Of a stretch of 64,000 bases of DNA, positions 63,481 to 64,000 are shown piece after piece. The position numbers and the translations under genes were made by a program. This stretch comes from Amphiscolops sp. MND2022. Its lineage: Eukaryota. The notes beneath the pieces are model-generated. The model saw only the letters and a list, made by a program, of their open reading frames with translations, made no database searches and was not told where the DNA came from. Every line of letters begins with the position of its first letter. The stretch's first letter is position 1. Location of the stretch: the NCBI GenBank assembly GCA_964187785.1, contig OZ076409.1:71116001-71180000 (forward strand). Reading direction: 5' to 3'.

Positions 63481-63960
63481 ATCTCATTTTCTTGAGATGA
63501 ATTGCTTCTATTTATCAGCCACTCTGAGTCCCATAGCCTGGGCCATTTATAACAACCTCTTACTCTCTCTCTCTCTCTAGAGTTTGAAATTCCTTCTCCC
63601 AACAATATATCCATGTTACCGTAATCAGACATGTTATCCATTTCTCTAGACTTCTTTCTCTAGACCTCTAATTGAAGCCATAGAAAAGGTTAAAATGACC
63701 TGACCGACTAACAGCCCCGTTAGGCTTTTCAATGGACAAGGACAGGGGTTGGTATTGAATGTAAAATATCAGTTAAGGTATATAGTTAGGTCACTAGCTA
63801 GCACAGTCACTCCAAAGGGGCATCATTTTAATGTATAATTCCAAGTACATGTTATTTTTCATCAACAAATTATAGTAGACTAAATACCAACACCGACTAA
63901 TTGAATATTTGGACTAGACCATTCCAGCTTTTTATCTATGTAGCATCGCAACAATGAATA

Positions 63961-64000
63961 AACAAGACGGGAACGTCCAAAGTCGGCGCCATATATAAGG
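63961..64000 (-). mobile_element. End of another HINE-like copy, running out of the window
   Basis: AACAAGACGGGAACGTCCAAAGTCGGCGCCATAT resembles 59836-59869; small hairpin GACG-GGAA-CGTC next to the AAGTCGGCGC repeat. Confidence 0.55.

Noticed and set aside
63563..63579. (CT)n microsatellite
   Set aside because: Only about eight repeats; trivial.

Overview
Eukaryotic-looking (probably invertebrate animal), almost entirely non-coding DNA. Bases 1-~59019 are a head-to-tail array of 30 complete units plus two partial ones. There are six sequence classes: A ~1.97-1.99 kb x22, B 2.2 kb x1, C ~1.27 kb x2, D 1.28 kb x1, E ~1.29 kb x2, F ~3.07 kb x2. The order is (A)-B-C-A-D-A-E-E-C-A x10-F-F-A x10-(A, truncated). 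Every unit, whatever its class, ends with the same ~55-bp core (CATCAACGCCCACCGTCYGT-RGGCATGCC-GA-GGCATGCCY-TTCGACGACG), then a variable 26-41-nt tail, then CTRG-GTG. The class switches exactly at this GGTG and not inside the longer shared core. That points to site-specific, cassette-like assembly (integron-like or rolling-circle-element-like) rather than ordinary satellite unequal crossing-over; the mechanism is inferred. The core hairpin shows compensatory changes. A second class-specific bulged hairpin and a conserved head motif ~36-40 bp after the junction add to the picture. No recombinase or transposase is encoded in the window. The last ~5 kb holds a 26-bp palindrome at the array edge, three copies or fragments of a HINE/Helentron-like non-autonomous element, and two C-type-lectin-like coding fragments. 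The ORFs in the array are judged spurious.
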